64,000 nt of DNA from Elusimicrobiota bacterium (GTDB taxonomy: Bacteria > Elusimicrobiota > Elusimicrobia > UBA1565 > UBA9628). The notes beneath the pieces are model-generated. The model worked only from the letters and a program-made list of their open reading frames with translations, did no database searches and was not told the origin of the DNA. Positions 47,451-57,478 of this stretch are shown piece by piece (within the stretch, counting starts at the first letter, position 1; the number at the start of each line of letters is the position of its first letter). The DNA lies in contig JACRDT010000004.1 of the NCBI GenBank assembly GCA_016212795.1, forward strand, positions 23,812 through 87,811. Direction: 5' to 3'. Position numbers and translations under genes: made by a program.

Positions 47451-47815
47451 CAGTCGAGCACGAGCTGGAGCTCTTGCACGCCGCGGCCGCCCTTGAGGGG
47501 CGCCAGAGCCTTGCACTTGGGGCATTCGGCGACCGGCATGGCGTCGTGCGGGTCGATCTCGCCTTCCTGGTAGGCCTGCTTGAGGCCGCAGGCCGGGCAT
47601 TCCAGCGTGGGGTAGACCAGCTCCAGCTCGAGCTTCGCGCCCGCCAGCTGGGTCTCCCGGCATTCGACGGCGAAGCCCTGGCGGAAAGCGTCCTCGGAGT
47701 GCATCTCCAGCAGGCCGATGCGGATGCGGACCTTGCTCACGCGGGCGTCCTTGGGGAGCTTCTCCGTTTGGAGGATGGAGTGGACGATGTCGTGGATGAG
47801 GGCGTGTTCGTGCAT
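47450..47815 (-). CDS. hypA: Hydrogenase maturation Ni metallochaperone
   Basis: MHE start, CPAC..CPKC, GRG ending. Confidence 0.92.
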   Translation of the reverse strand: MHEHALIHDIVHSILQTEKLPKDARVSKVRIRIGLLEMHSEDAFRQGFAVECRETQLAGAKLELELVYPTLECPACGLKQAYQEGEIDPHDAMPVAECPKCKALAPLKGGRGVQELQLVLD

Positions 47816-47951
47816 GGGACGGGCCTCCGTGGGGCGCTTGGTCCTTTATAGCACTTTGCGCGCCGCGATGGGACACGCGATGGGACGGCCTTGAGCCCCG
47901 GGAGCGCGGTATGCTATGTTCTGGGGACGACGGACGAATGAGGAGGGCGGC

Positions 47952-48416
47952 ATGCCCACGCTGGTCCATGACAAGGTCGACGAGGTCCTTCGGTTCGCGA
48001 TCGCCAACGAGGAAGCGGCGGTCGATTTCTACACCCGGCTGGCGTCGGGTCCCCACCAGCCGGGCTTGAAGGAGCTCTTCCTCGAGTTCGCGGCCGAGGA
48101 GAAAAAGCACAAGGCCAGGCTCGAGAAGGTCCGCTCCGGCAAGAAGCTCCTCAAGTCCGGCGCGGCCATCGCCCGCTCCATCGACCTCGAGGACTACTCC
48201 ACGCCCCCGGCGCCGACCGGCTCCCTGGACCTGCAGGAAGCCCTCCTGCTGGCGATGAAGAAGGAGAAGGCGGCCTTCACCCTCTACATGGACATGGCCG
48301 ACGCGGCTTGCGAGAAGGAGATCAAGGACCTCTTCTTGTCTTTGGCCCGCCAGGAGGCCAACCACCGGTCCCGCTTCGAGCGGGAGTACGACCGGCGCGT
48401 CCGGCCCGATAATTAG
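47952..48416 (+). CDS. Rubrerythrin/ferritin-like diiron protein
   Basis: AIANEEAAVDFY, EEKKH, AMKKEK...Y, QEANH; AGGAGG SD. Confidence 0.88.
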   Translation: MPTLVHDKVDEVLRFAIANEEAAVDFYTRLASGPHQPGLKELFLEFAAEEKKHKARLEKVRSGKKLLKSGAAIARSIDLEDYSTPPAPTGSLDLQEALLLAMKKEKAAFTLYMDMADAACEKEIKDLFLSLARQEANHRSRFEREYDRRVRPDN

Positions 48417-49912
48417 CCGCGCAGGAACCTGTCCATCTCGGCGGCGGCGGTGCGCGCGTCGCCCATGGCCAGGATGACGGTGGCCCCGCCCCGGATGATG
48501 TCCCCGCCCGCCCACACGCCGGGCAGGTTGGTGGCCATGGTCTTCCAGTCCACGTCCACGTTGCCCCACTTGCCCATCTTGAGGCCGGGCGTGGTCTGGC
48601 CGATGAGGGGGTTGGGGCTCTGGCCGATGGACATGACCACCAGATCGACCTCCTTGACGTACTCCGAGCCCTTGATGGGCACCGGGCGCCGGCGGCCGGA
48701 TGAGTCGGGCTCGCCTAGCTCCATCTTGAGGCACTCCATGGCCTTGACCCGCCCGCGCTCGTCGCCGATGAATTTCGTCGGGGCCTGGAGGTAGTGGAAC
48801 TCGATGCCCTCCTCCTCGGCGTGGTGGATCTCCTCGAGCCTCGCCGGCATCTCCTCGGAGGAACGGCGGTAGATGATGGCGGCCCAGTCCGCGCCGAGCC
48901 TCTTGGCGTTGCGCACCGAGTCCATGGCGACGTTGCCGCCGCCGATGACGGCCACCTTCCTGCCCAGCAGCATGGGCGTGTCGTAGTTGGGGAAGTCGTA
49001 GGCCTTCATGAGGTTGACGCGGGTGAGGTACTCGTTGGCCGAGTAGACGCCGACGAGGTTCTCGCCCGGGATCTTCATGAAGTTGGGCAGGCCCGCCCCG
49101 GTCCCGATGAAAAAGGCCTGGTAGCCGCCCTCCTTGAGGTCGTCGAGGGTGGCGGTGCGGCCCACCACGAAGTTCATGCGCAGCTCGACGCCGAGCTTCC
49201 TGAGGTAGTCCACCTCGGCCTCGAGGATGCGCTTGGGCAGGCGGAACTCGGGGATGCCGTAGACCAGCACCCCGCCGGCGGTGTGGAGGGCCTCGAAGAC
49301 CGTCACCTGGTGGCCGGCCTTGGCCAGGTCGCCGGCCACGGTCAGGCCCGCGGGACCGGCGCCGAACACCGCCACCTTCTTGCCCGTCGACGAGGGTAGC
49401 GCCGGGATGACGACCTTGCCTTTCTCCCGCTCGTAGTCCGCCGCGAAGCGCTCCAGGTTGCCGATGGCCACCGGCGTGCCGGCCGCCTTCTTCATGGTGC
49501 AGACGGCCTCGCACTGGACCTCCTGCGGGCAGACGCGGCCGCAGATGGCGGGGAGGCTGTTGGTCTCCTTGAGCTTGCGCGCGGCCGCCTCGAACTCGCC
49601 CTTCTCGATGAGCTTGATGAAGGACGGGATGTCGATGGCCACGGGGCAACCGGCCACGCAGGGCGAGTTGGGGCAGTCGAGGCAGCGTTTCGCCTCGAGC
49701 AGGGCCGCCGCCGCGGGCAGGCCCTGGTTGACCTCGCCGAAATCCGAGCTGCGCACCTCGGCCGGGCGCTCCGGCATCTTCTGGCGAGGGATCCTGGCGC
49801 GTTCCTTGGCCGGCATGGACTTGCGCAGCTCCTTGCGCCACTCCAGGTCGAACCCGGCTTTCAGCCGCGCCTTGACGTCTTCGGGGAGCTCTTTCTTCTT
49901 TTCTTCCGCCAT
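48413..49912 (-). CDS. nfnB: NfnAB large subunit (GltD/SudA-like)
   Basis: EAKRCLDC, CVAGCPV, ICGRVCPQE.QC, GAGPAG, YGIPEFRLP, GGGNVAMD; adjacent to the small subunit. Confidence 0.88.
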   Translation of the reverse strand: MAEEKKKELPEDVKARLKAGFDLEWRKELRKSMPAKERARIPRQKMPERPAEVRSSDFGEVNQGLPAAAALLEAKRCLDCPNSPCVAGCPVAIDIPSFIKLIEKGEFEAAARKLKETNSLPAICGRVCPQEVQCEAVCTMKKAAGTPVAIGNLERFAADYEREKGKVVIPALPSSTGKKVAVFGAGPAGLTVAGDLAKAGHQVTVFEALHTAGGVLVYGIPEFRLPKRILEAEVDYLRKLGVELRMNFVVGRTATLDDLKEGGYQAFFIGTGAGLPNFMKIPGENLVGVYSANEYLTRVNLMKAYDFPNYDTPMLLGRKVAVIGGGNVAMDSVRNAKRLGADWAAIIYRRSSEEMPARLEEIHHAEEEGIEFHYLQAPTKFIGDERGRVKAMECLKMELGEPDSSGRRRPVPIKGSEYVKEVDLVVMSIGQSPNPLIGQTTPGLKMGKWGNVDVDWKTMATNLPGVWAGGDIIRGGATVILAMGDARTAAAEMDRFLRG

Positions 49913-49921
49913 CTCATTGCC

Positions 49922-50764
49922 TCACGCGCACGGCGCCAGCTGGGTGCGCTCCCAGTAACAGAGCGATCTGATCTCGTCGTCGAGATAGGACTTCCTCCGG
50001 GCGAAGAGCTCGGCCCAATCCACGGCGTGGCCGTCGAAATCCGGGCCGTCGACGCAGGCGAACCTGGTCTTGCCCTCGACCGCGCACCGGCACGCGCCGC
50101 ACATCCCGGTCCCGTCCACCATGATGGGGTTGAGGCTCACCATGGTCTTGATCCCGGCGGGCCGGGTGGCCTCGCAGGCCGAGTACATCAGGTAGGTGCA
50201 GCCGATGGCCACGGCCCGGTCGACCTTGGCGCCCTCGGCGAGCAGGGACTTGATCTTGGCCGGGACGTAGTCCTTCGTGGCGAAGCGGTGGTCCCGGGCC
50301 GACACCAGGAAGCGGTCGCTCACCTTGCGGAGCTTCTCCTCCCAGTACAGGAGGTAGCCCGCCTTCACGTCGATGAGGGTGATGACCTTGTTGCCGGCCT
50401 CCTTGAGGGCGCGGGCGATGGGGTAGATGGCGGCGATCCCGAAGCAGCCCCCGGCCAGCAGGACCGTGCCGTAGTTCTGGATGTCCGAGGGCTTGCCCAG
50501 GGGGCCGACGAAGACCGGGATCTCGTCGCCGGCCGACAGCCGGGCGAGCTTGTGCGTCGTGGTCCCGACGGTCATGAACACCGCCGTCACCGAGCCCTTC
50601 TCGCGGTCCCAATCCGCGATGGTCAGCGGGATGCGCTCGCCCCGCTCGTCGGGCATGACCATCACGAACTGCCCGGGGAGGCTCTTGCGGGCGACTTCGG
50701 GGGCCGAGACCTCCAGCACGTGGAGGTTCGGCACCAGCCGTTCGCGTCTGAGTATCTTGGCCAT
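49922..50764 (-). CDS. nfnA: NfnAB small subunit (SudB/PyrK-like)
   Basis: PGQFV, GERIPLTIAD, GPLG, SLNPIMVDGTGMCGACRC, CVDGPDFD. Confidence 0.9.
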   Translation of the reverse strand: MAKILRRERLVPNLHVLEVSAPEVARKSLPGQFVMVMPDERGERIPLTIADWDREKGSVTAVFMTVGTTTHKLARLSAGDEIPVFVGPLGKPSDIQNYGTVLLAGGCFGIAAIYPIARALKEAGNKVITLIDVKAGYLLYWEEKLRKVSDRFLVSARDHRFATKDYVPAKIKSLLAEGAKVDRAVAIGCTYLMYSACEATRPAGIKTMVSLNPIMVDGTGMCGACRCAVEGKTRFACVDGPDFDGHAVDWAELFARRKSYLDDEIRSLCYWERTQLAPCA

Positions 50765-53244
50765 CAGTTCACCCTCGTGATCTTGACCCGGGCGCTCCCG
50801 GCGGCCGCGGCGGAGAGCCTTGAAAAGCCCGAGAGCCCGTGGTCGAGTCTGCTCACGGCCGCGACGCCCTTGGGCATCCCGGCCGTGATGCGCACGACCG
50901 CCTCCATCGTCCCCGAGGAGGACTCCACGTGGGCCGTCGCGCCTTCCTGGAGGCCGGCGCCGGCCGCGTCCTCGGGCCCGATCTTGATCCAGCCCGGGTC
51001 GCGCAGGACCTTGAAGTCCGGGCTCGTCTGGCACAGGGCCAGGGTGCGGTAGTAGTCGGGCGAGTACTCGCCCAGCAGCACCAGCGGGTACTCCCCGGCC
51101 TTGTCCGCCGGCCCTCCCGGCGGGCAGGCCGCGAGGAAGCCCTGGCCGCCCTCCTCCCGGACGGCGAGGAGGCCTTCCTCGTCGATGCGCTCCTTGATGC
51201 GGTCGGCGCCCTCGAAGGCGCAGCCGTCCGCCCCCATGAGGCCGGCGAGCCGCGAGGCGATCCACCAGTCGGGCTTGGCCTCGCCGAGGGGCTCGATGGC
51301 CTTCATGGATTTCTGCGCCCTGCCCTCGAGGTTCACCCAGTTGCCCTCGGTCTCCGCGAACGTCGCGGCGGGCAGGACGGCGTCGGCCGCCTGGCAGGAG
51401 TCGTTCATGAAGCTGTCCTGGACGACGAGGAACTCGAGGCCGTGCTTCGCCGGCAGGCTGGCCGGGCCGGCCAGGTAGAGGGCCTTGAGCGTCCCCGCGG
51501 CCGCGGCTCGCAGGACGGCGGCCAGGTCCGGGGCCCCGGCCGCGCGGCGGCGCATGAGCAGCCACGCGCCGAAGGAGTCGCTCTCCTCGGCCAGCGGGAA
51601 CAGGGCGGCTCCCGTCTGGAGCGCCAGGTTCCACAGGTTGGAGACGCACGCCTTGGTCCAGGGAGCGCCGCAGAGCCCCTGGCCGAACACGAGAGCGGCG
51701 GGACCTCCCTCGGCCAGCGCTCCGGCCAGCCGCCGGCAGTCCTCTTCCTTCACGCCGGCCGATTCGCAGCAGGCCGCCAGGGACGAGCCGTCCAGGGAGC
51801 GCTTGAACGCGTCGAACCCCTTGAGGCCCGACGGAGCGCCCTTCTCCAGCAGGGCCTTGGAGACCGCGGCGAGCAGGGCGGGCTCGCCGCCCGGGCGCAC
51901 CTTGAGCGACAGGGAGGCGTGGCGCGACATCGGGTCGTCCTTGGGGCCGACGACGAGCAGCCGGCCGCCGCGGCGGACGGCGTCGAGTATCTCGACCCAG
52001 GCCACGGGGTGGGAGACGGCGACGTTCTCGCCCAGCACCAGGATGGTCCTGGCCTTGGCCACGTCGGCCAGGGACGCCCGCGGGGGGGCTTTGAGCCCCC
52101 CGGCCGCGGCCGAGAGCTCGTCGAGGATGGACGGGCCCAGCGAGGCGACGATGCCGTCGGCCTTGAGCGCCGAGCGGCTGAACAGGTCGAGGACGAAGAG
52201 GTCCTCCAGCGAGAGCTGCGACGAGGCCACCAGCGCCGCCTTGCCGGCGCGGGGCTTGAGCCCGGCGGCGACGAAGGCGAGGGCGGCGTCCCAGCCGGTC
52301 TCGACGAGCTTGCCGTCCTTCCTGATCATCGGCCTGCGCAGGCGCCTGGGGCTGGCGACCGTGTCCCGGAGCGTGAAGCGCCCCCGGACGCAGGCCTGGC
52401 CGCGGTTGACGGCGGGGGCCTCGAGGGAGGCATCGGGCCTGGAGGCGACGATGCGGCCTTGGAGGGTCTCCACGTCCAGCCGGCAGCCCACGCCGCAGTG
52501 CGGGCAGACCGTCTTGGCCACGGCGTCCGGCGGGGGCTCGTGGCGGCTGGCGCGCTCGGCCAGGGCCCCGGTCGGGCAGACGTCCACGCACGCGCCGCAG
52601 AACTGGCAGCCCGCGTCCATGAGCTTGCGGTCGAGCGCCGTGCCCACCACGGCCTCGGAGCCGCGCCGGACGATGGAGATGACCGCCGCGCCGCGCACTT
52701 CGCGGCAGACGCGCACGCACCGGCCGCAGAGGATGCAGAGGTTGTAGTCCTGGATGAAGAACGGGTCGCCGCGGCGGACCTCCAGGCCGCGGTAGACCGA
52801 ATCATAGGGGAGCGAATCGAGCTTGAGCTTCCCGACGACCTCCTGGAGCTCGCAGCGGCGGTTGGACGGGCAGAAGACGCAGCCCGTCACCTCCCCGACC
52901 TTGCGGATGGACGCCTTGTGGTCCTCGCACTTCTCCTTCTCGGCGCAGATCAGGCAGGCGTTGGGGTGCTCGGAGAGGATGAGCTCGAGGGTCTTGAGGC
53001 GCTGCAGGCGCAGAGGCTCGGAGTCGGTGACGACGGCCATGCCGTCCTCGGGGTAGGTGTTGCACGAGGGGTGCAGGCCGCTGCGGCCCTTGATCTCGAC
53101 CACGCAGAGCCGGCAGGCGGCGTAGGGAGCCAGCCGCGGGTGGCTGCACAGGGCCGGGATGTAGATGCCGTTCTCCTTGGCGATCTCGAGGACGGTCTTC
53201 GTCCCCTGGACCTCGAACCTGCGCCCGTCGATCGTGATGTTCAT
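50764..53244 (-). CDS. NuoG/FdhA-like multi-FeS subunit with degenerate molybdopterin-oxidoreductase domain
   Basis: Start MNITIDG; ACRLC, HPNACLIC, CILCGRCVRVC, CQFCGACVDVC, CPHCGVGC; DAVLPAATFAE; no recognisable CARLC/UH Mo-ligand motif. Confidence 0.8.
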   Translation of the reverse strand: MNITIDGRRFEVQGTKTVLEIAKENGIYIPALCSHPRLAPYAACRLCVVEIKGRSGLHPSCNTYPEDGMAVVTDSEPLRLQRLKTLELILSEHPNACLICAEKEKCEDHKASIRKVGEVTGCVFCPSNRRCELQEVVGKLKLDSLPYDSVYRGLEVRRGDPFFIQDYNLCILCGRCVRVCREVRGAAVISIVRRGSEAVVGTALDRKLMDAGCQFCGACVDVCPTGALAERASRHEPPPDAVAKTVCPHCGVGCRLDVETLQGRIVASRPDASLEAPAVNRGQACVRGRFTLRDTVASPRRLRRPMIRKDGKLVETGWDAALAFVAAGLKPRAGKAALVASSQLSLEDLFVLDLFSRSALKADGIVASLGPSILDELSAAAGGLKAPPRASLADVAKARTILVLGENVAVSHPVAWVEILDAVRRGGRLLVVGPKDDPMSRHASLSLKVRPGGEPALLAAVSKALLEKGAPSGLKGFDAFKRSLDGSSLAACCESAGVKEEDCRRLAGALAEGGPAALVFGQGLCGAPWTKACVSNLWNLALQTGAALFPLAEESDSFGAWLLMRRRAAGAPDLAAVLRAAAAGTLKALYLAGPASLPAKHGLEFLVVQDSFMNDSCQAADAVLPAATFAETEGNWVNLEGRAQKSMKAIEPLGEAKPDWWIASRLAGLMGADGCAFEGADRIKERIDEEGLLAVREEGGQGFLAACPPGGPADKAGEYPLVLLGEYSPDYYRTLALCQTSPDFKVLRDPGWIKIGPEDAAGAGLQEGATAHVESSSGTMEAVVRITAGMPKGVAAVSRLDHGLSGFSRLSAAAAGSARVKITRVN

Positions 53245-55121
53245 TGGGGCACCTTCTCGGGGGCTGGCGCCCCCGAGGTTTTGGTCACGGCCCGCACCTT
53301 GGCGGGGCAGACCTCGAAGCACGCGCCGCACTTGATGCAGACCGCCTGGTCGATGTCGTGGGGTTTCTTGAGCGTCCCGCTGACCGCCTTCACGGGGCAG
53401 GCCTTGAGGCAGAGCAGGCACCCGATGCACTTCTTCTGGTCGATGCCGAAGGTCAGCAGCTCCTTGCACGCCAGGGCCGGGCAGCGCTTCTCCCTGATGT
53501 GGGCGTCGTATTCGTGGCGGAAATGGCGGATGGTGGTCAGCACCGGGTTGGGGGCGGTCTGGCCGAGGCCGCACAGGGACCCTGCCTTGACCGTCTTGGC
53601 CAGGGTCTCGAGCTTCTCCAGGTCGCCTTCCTCCCCCTGGCCCCGGGTGATGCGGGCGAGGATGCCGGCCATCTGCCTGGTCCCGACGCGGCACGGGACG
53701 CACTTGCCGCACGACTCCTCCTGGGTGAAGTGGAGGAAGTAGCGGGCCACGTCGACCATGCAGGTGTCCTCGTCCATGACGATCATGCCGCCCGAGCCCA
53801 TCATGGACCCGGCCTGGGCGAGGCTGGCGTAGTCGATGGGCAGGTCGAGCATGCCGGCCGGGATGCACCCGCCGCTGGGGCCCCCGGTCTGGACGGCCTT
53901 GAAGGGCTTGCCGCCCTTGATGCCCCCGCCGATGTCGAAGATGATCTCCCGGAGCTTCATGCCCATGGGGACCTCGACGAGGCCCGTGTTGTTGATCTTG
54001 CCCACCAGCGCGAAGATCTTGGTGCCCTTGCTGTCCTGCGTTCCGATGGCGGCGTAGGCCTTGGCGCCGTTGCGGAGGATCCAGGTGACGTTGGCCCAGG
54101 TCTCCACGTTGTTGATGTTCGTCGGCTTGCCCCACAGCCCGGCCAGGGCCGGGAACGGCGGCTTTTGCCTCGGGGAGGCGCGCCGGCCCTCGATGGAGGC
54201 CATGAGCGAGGTCTCCTCGCCCGAGACGAAGGCGCCGGCGCCGCGGAAGATGCTCAGGTCGAAGTCGAACCCCGAGCCCAGGATGGACTTGCCCAGCAGC
54301 CCGCGCTGGCGGCAGTCCTTGACCGCGGCGGTGACGTTCTCGACGGCCAAGGGGTACTCGTTGCGCACGTAGACGAAGCCCTGGCGGGCGCCGATGGCGT
54401 AGGCGCCGATGATCATCCCCTCGATCACGCTGTGCGGGTTGCCCTCCAGGAGGCTGCGGTCCATGTAGGCGCCGGGGTCGCCCTCGTCCGCGTTGCAGAT
54501 GACGTACTTCGTCTCCCCGGGCGATCGGCGGCAGATCGCCCACTTCTTGCCGGTCGGGAAGCCCGCCCCGCCGCGGCCGCGCAGGCCCGACGCCGTCGCC
54601 TCGGCGATGACGTCGTCGGGGGACATCCCCGAGAGCGCCTTGGCGAGCGCGCGGTAGCCTCCGAGCGCGATGTAGTCGTCGATGGACGTCGGGTCGATGA
54701 ACCCGTTGCTGCCGAGCAGGAGCCTGTGCTGCTTCTTGTAGAACGGGACGTCCTCCTCCCGGGCGATCTTCTCGCCGGTCGCCGGGTCGGCGTACAGGAG
54801 CCGGTCGATGACCTCGCCGCCGCCGACGGTCTTGGACACCACCTCGGGGACGTCCGCGAGCCGGATCTTCTGGTAGAACACCCCCCGGGGCTGGAGCACG
54901 ACGATGGGGCCGCGCTCGCAGAAGCCGTGGCAGCCCGTCTGGCGCACGTCGACCTTGTCCTGGAGGCCCTGCCGGCGGACCTCGTCCCGGAAGGCCTGGG
55001 CCACCTTGAGGCAGCCGTAGGCGTGGCAGCCGGTGCCGCCGCAGACCGTGATGCACGGCCGCTTCCCGTCCCGGGCGGCGACGATCTCCTGGCGGAGCTT
55101 CTCGAGATCCTTGAGGTCCAT
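53241..55121 (-). CDS. NuoF/HydB-like FMN/NADH-binding subunit
   Basis: CGGTGC, GLRGRGGAGFPTG, NADEGDPG, EESCGKCVPCR, C-terminal 2x[4Fe-4S]. Confidence 0.93.
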   Translation of the reverse strand: MDLKDLEKLRQEIVAARDGKRPCITVCGGTGCHAYGCLKVAQAFRDEVRRQGLQDKVDVRQTGCHGFCERGPIVVLQPRGVFYQKIRLADVPEVVSKTVGGGEVIDRLLYADPATGEKIAREEDVPFYKKQHRLLLGSNGFIDPTSIDDYIALGGYRALAKALSGMSPDDVIAEATASGLRGRGGAGFPTGKKWAICRRSPGETKYVICNADEGDPGAYMDRSLLEGNPHSVIEGMIIGAYAIGARQGFVYVRNEYPLAVENVTAAVKDCRQRGLLGKSILGSGFDFDLSIFRGAGAFVSGEETSLMASIEGRRASPRQKPPFPALAGLWGKPTNINNVETWANVTWILRNGAKAYAAIGTQDSKGTKIFALVGKINNTGLVEVPMGMKLREIIFDIGGGIKGGKPFKAVQTGGPSGGCIPAGMLDLPIDYASLAQAGSMMGSGGMIVMDEDTCMVDVARYFLHFTQEESCGKCVPCRVGTRQMAGILARITRGQGEEGDLEKLETLAKTVKAGSLCGLGQTAPNPVLTTIRHFRHEYDAHIREKRCPALACKELLTFGIDQKKCIGCLLCLKACPVKAVSGTLKKPHDIDQAVCIKCGACFEVCPAKVRAVTKTSGAPAPEKVPQ

Positions 55122-55122
55122 G

Positions 55123-55662
55123 TCACCCTCCCCCGGGCTGACGACGCGGCGACGGGCCCGGGCCGGCGTCCACGGGGGCGTCCTCCGGCTTGCCGCCGCC
55201 GCAGGGGGCCTGGCCCCGGGAGCGGCACCGGCAGTCCTCGACGAGCTTGGGGATCTCGGCGGCCTTGGCCTGGCCGTGGTAGTCGCCGTCGATGATGACG
55301 ATGGGGCCGAGGGCGCAGGCGCCCACGCAGTTGACCGTCTCGAGGGTGAACTCGCGGTCCGGCGTCGTCCGGCCGGCCGGGACGTCGAGCGCCCTCTCGA
55401 ACTCTTCGATGATGCGGGCGGCTCCCCGGACGTGGCAGGCGGTCCCGGAGCAGATCGTGACCACGTGCCTGCCTTTGGGCTCGAGGCTGAAGGCCTTGTA
55501 GAAGGTCAGGACGCCGTACACGTCGGTCTCGGTGATCCTCAGGCGCCGGGCGATCGCCGCGATCGCCTCGGCGGGGACGTGTCCGTGGCGCTCCTGGGCG
55601 TCGTGGAGCGCGTGGATCAGGTCTTTGCGGGAGGGTTCCGTTGAAGCAAGGGTGTCTTCCAT
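55123..55662 (-). CDS. NuoE/HydC-like [2Fe-2S] subunit
   Basis: VLTFY, CSGTACHVRG, VNCVGAC. Confidence 0.92.
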   Translation of the reverse strand: MEDTLASTEPSRKDLIHALHDAQERHGHVPAEAIAAIARRLRITETDVYGVLTFYKAFSLEPKGRHVVTICSGTACHVRGAARIIEEFERALDVPAGRTTPDREFTLETVNCVGACALGPIVIIDGDYHGQAKAAEIPKLVEDCRCRSRGQAPCGGGKPEDAPVDAGPGPSPRRQPGGG

Positions 55663-55685
55663 GGTTCGATCTCCTCGGGATGTCG

Positions 55686-55728
55686 CGGCGGGGGCGACGC
55701 GCCCGGCGGGGGCGACGCGGCCGGCGGG
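55686..55728. repeat. 18-bp tandem repeat (about 2.4 copies), intergenic
   Basis: CGGCGGGGGCGACGCG(C/G)C twice plus a partial copy. Confidence 0.75.
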
Positions 55729-55740
55729 CGAGGGCCCCCC

Positions 55741-56400
55741 TCAGGGGGCGCTGTTCATGGCCTCCATGAGACGCTTGGCGCGCATGTCCCTGGGGTCGAT
55801 CTCAAGGATCCTGCGCAAGGTCGCGAGGGCCTGGGTCGTCTGGAACGTCTCCTGGTAGGCGACCGCCAGGTGGTAGAGGGCCGCGGTGTCGTCGCTGTCG
55901 ATATCGACGAGCTTCTCCAGGTACTCGATGCTCTTCTTGTGGCTGCCCTTGGCGATGGCGATCACCGCGAGGTGGTAGTAGGCCATCCGCGATTGGGGGC
56001 ACTTCTTGAGCAGCTCGGCGAAGCTGCGCTCCGCCTTGGCCTTCTCGCCCATGTGGTAGTAGGCGATGCCCAGCCAGTAGAGGTACATGGCGATGTTCTT
56101 GTTGAGCCCGTAGCCCTTCTCGAGCATCGCGACGGCCTTCTTGAGATGCCCCATGCGGTAATACGTGATGCCCAGGTGGTAGTGCGGCAGGGAGGACTGG
56201 GGGTCCTCCTGGATCGCCTGCTCCAGGACTTCGACGGCGTGCCCGAGCTCGCCGAAGGTGTAGAAGAGGTCGGCCAGCGCCAGCCTCGTCGACAGGTCGG
56301 CGGGGTTGTCCTTGAGGGAGCGCAGGACGGCGTCGACGGTCTTCTCCCGCGGCTCGAGCTTGCTCAGCCGGTCTATGGCGTCGGCGTATTTCTCCATCAT
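55741..56400 (-). CDS. TPR-repeat protein
   Basis: Consecutive 34-aa units (HYHLGITY, LYWLGIAY, YYHLAV, LYHLAVAY). Confidence 0.9.
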   Translation of the reverse strand: MMEKYADAIDRLSKLEPREKTVDAVLRSLKDNPADLSTRLALADLFYTFGELGHAVEVLEQAIQEDPQSSLPHYHLGITYYRMGHLKKAVAMLEKGYGLNKNIAMYLYWLGIAYYHMGEKAKAERSFAELLKKCPQSRMAYYHLAVIAIAKGSHKKSIEYLEKLVDIDSDDTAALYHLAVAYQETFQTTQALATLRRILEIDPRDMRAKRLMEAMNSAP

Positions 56401-56462
56401 ACCCCTCTCCCTCGCCGCAAGGCGCCCGCAACGGCGGGCGGCCGTCCGAACGGCTGAGTCGA

Positions 56463-56491
56463 ATGATAAGAAATTTGGGCGCTCAAAGCAA
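56463..56491 (-). promoter_or_regulatory. Sigma70-type promoter of the TPR-nuoEFG-like-nfnAB operon
   Basis: TTGCTT-17 nt-TATCAT on the minus strand in an AT-rich patch. Confidence 0.6.
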
Positions 56492-56764
56492 TTTTATCGC
56501 CGCTCCAGCGGTGCGGGGAAGAGCGGTCAGCAGAAACGGCGCTTCCCCGCGCAAAGACCTTCCGACCGCCTTTCCAGCCTGCGGTCGCGCTCCTCGGCAA
56601 GAAGGTCGCCCGCTTCTTCCGCAAGCGATGACCCCCTATATCGCTCCGTTGGAGATGGTTGTTGCAGCAAAGCAACGAACCAAGGGAGGCGTCCCCGCTG
56701 GGGAGATCGCCAGGCGCTGAACTGAGGGCCTCGGGCCGGAACGTCCTCCAGCGGCCCCGCCGCG

Positions 56765-57478
56765 TCACAAGCCGAGGAAGACGACGGCGACGCCGCAGGC
56801 GAAGACGGCCCCGCCGGCCAGGGCGTGGGTGTAACGATCGAGCCATGCCCATCGCACGAGGCTCAGCCCATGATGGGCCAGCATCACCACCCCCAGCATG
56901 CAGCCGACCGTCGTGGCGGCGAACACGGCGGTCACCAGGGCGAGCCCGGCCCAGCTGTGGGCCAAGGCTGGATACATGACCACCGGGATCAGGGGCTCGC
57001 AGGGGCCGAAGACGAGCACCGTGAAGACCACCCAGGGCGTGATGTCGACCCCCGCCCGTCCGTGCGGATGCGCGTGGGGGGCCTCGAGGTGGCCGTGGTC
57101 GTGGCCGTGGAGGACGCCGTCGGCGTGCGCGTGCCGGTGGGAGTGAGGCTCGCCCGACCACGCCTTCTTCAGGCCCCAGATCGCGTAGAGGAGCCCGAAG
57201 CCCAGGAGCAGCCATGCCGCGATCCTGCCCCTCCCCGCCTCGATGGGGACGAGCTGCCCGACGGCGGCGCCCAGGGCGACGCCGCCCAGCCCGATCGCGA
57301 CCGAGCTGCCGACGTGGCCCAGGCCGCAGAGCAGCGTGACGGCCGCGGTCCTGCCGCGGGACCAGCCCCGGGCCTTGCTCATCGCGATGAACGGCAGGTA
57401 GTGGTCGGGCCCGAGCAGCGTGTGGAAGCAGCCCAGGGCGGCCGCGGTCGAGCAGAGCGCGAGGAGGTCGGGCCTCAT
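56765..57478 (-). CDS. Nickel/cobalt permease-like membrane protein (NicO/UreH-like)
   Basis: HTLLGPDHY, His-rich loop [27 protein letters not shown]. Confidence 0.8.
   Translation of the reverse strand: MRPDLLALCSTAAALGCFHTLLGPDHYLPFIAMSKARGWSRGRTAAVTLLCGLGHVGSSVAIGLGGVALGAAVGQLVPIEAGRGRIAAWLLLGFGLLYAIWGLKKAWSGEPHSHRHAHADGVLHGHDHGHLEAPHAHPHGRAGVDITPWVVFTVLVFGPCEPLIPVVMYPALAHSWAGLALVTAVFAATTVGCMLGVVMLAHHGLSLVRWAWLDRYTHALAGGAVFACGVAVVFLGL

Noticed and set aside
48413-49912. Glutamate synthase small subunit (gltD)
   Set aside because: No gltB nearby; paired with an NfnA-type subunit
50764-55662. Formate dehydrogenase, [FeFe]-hydrogenase or respiratory complex I
   Set aside because: No Mo-ligand or H-cluster motifs recognised and no membrane nuo genes in the window
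55686-55728. 18-bp tandem repeat as a regulatory or phase-variable element
   Set aside because: Only about 2.4 copies; most simply a local duplication
56492-56764. Possible riboswitch or ncRNA in the long intergenic region
   Set aside because: Some hairpins are present but no recognisable Rfam consensus; the region lies upstream of the predicted promoter. An Infernal search would be needed.
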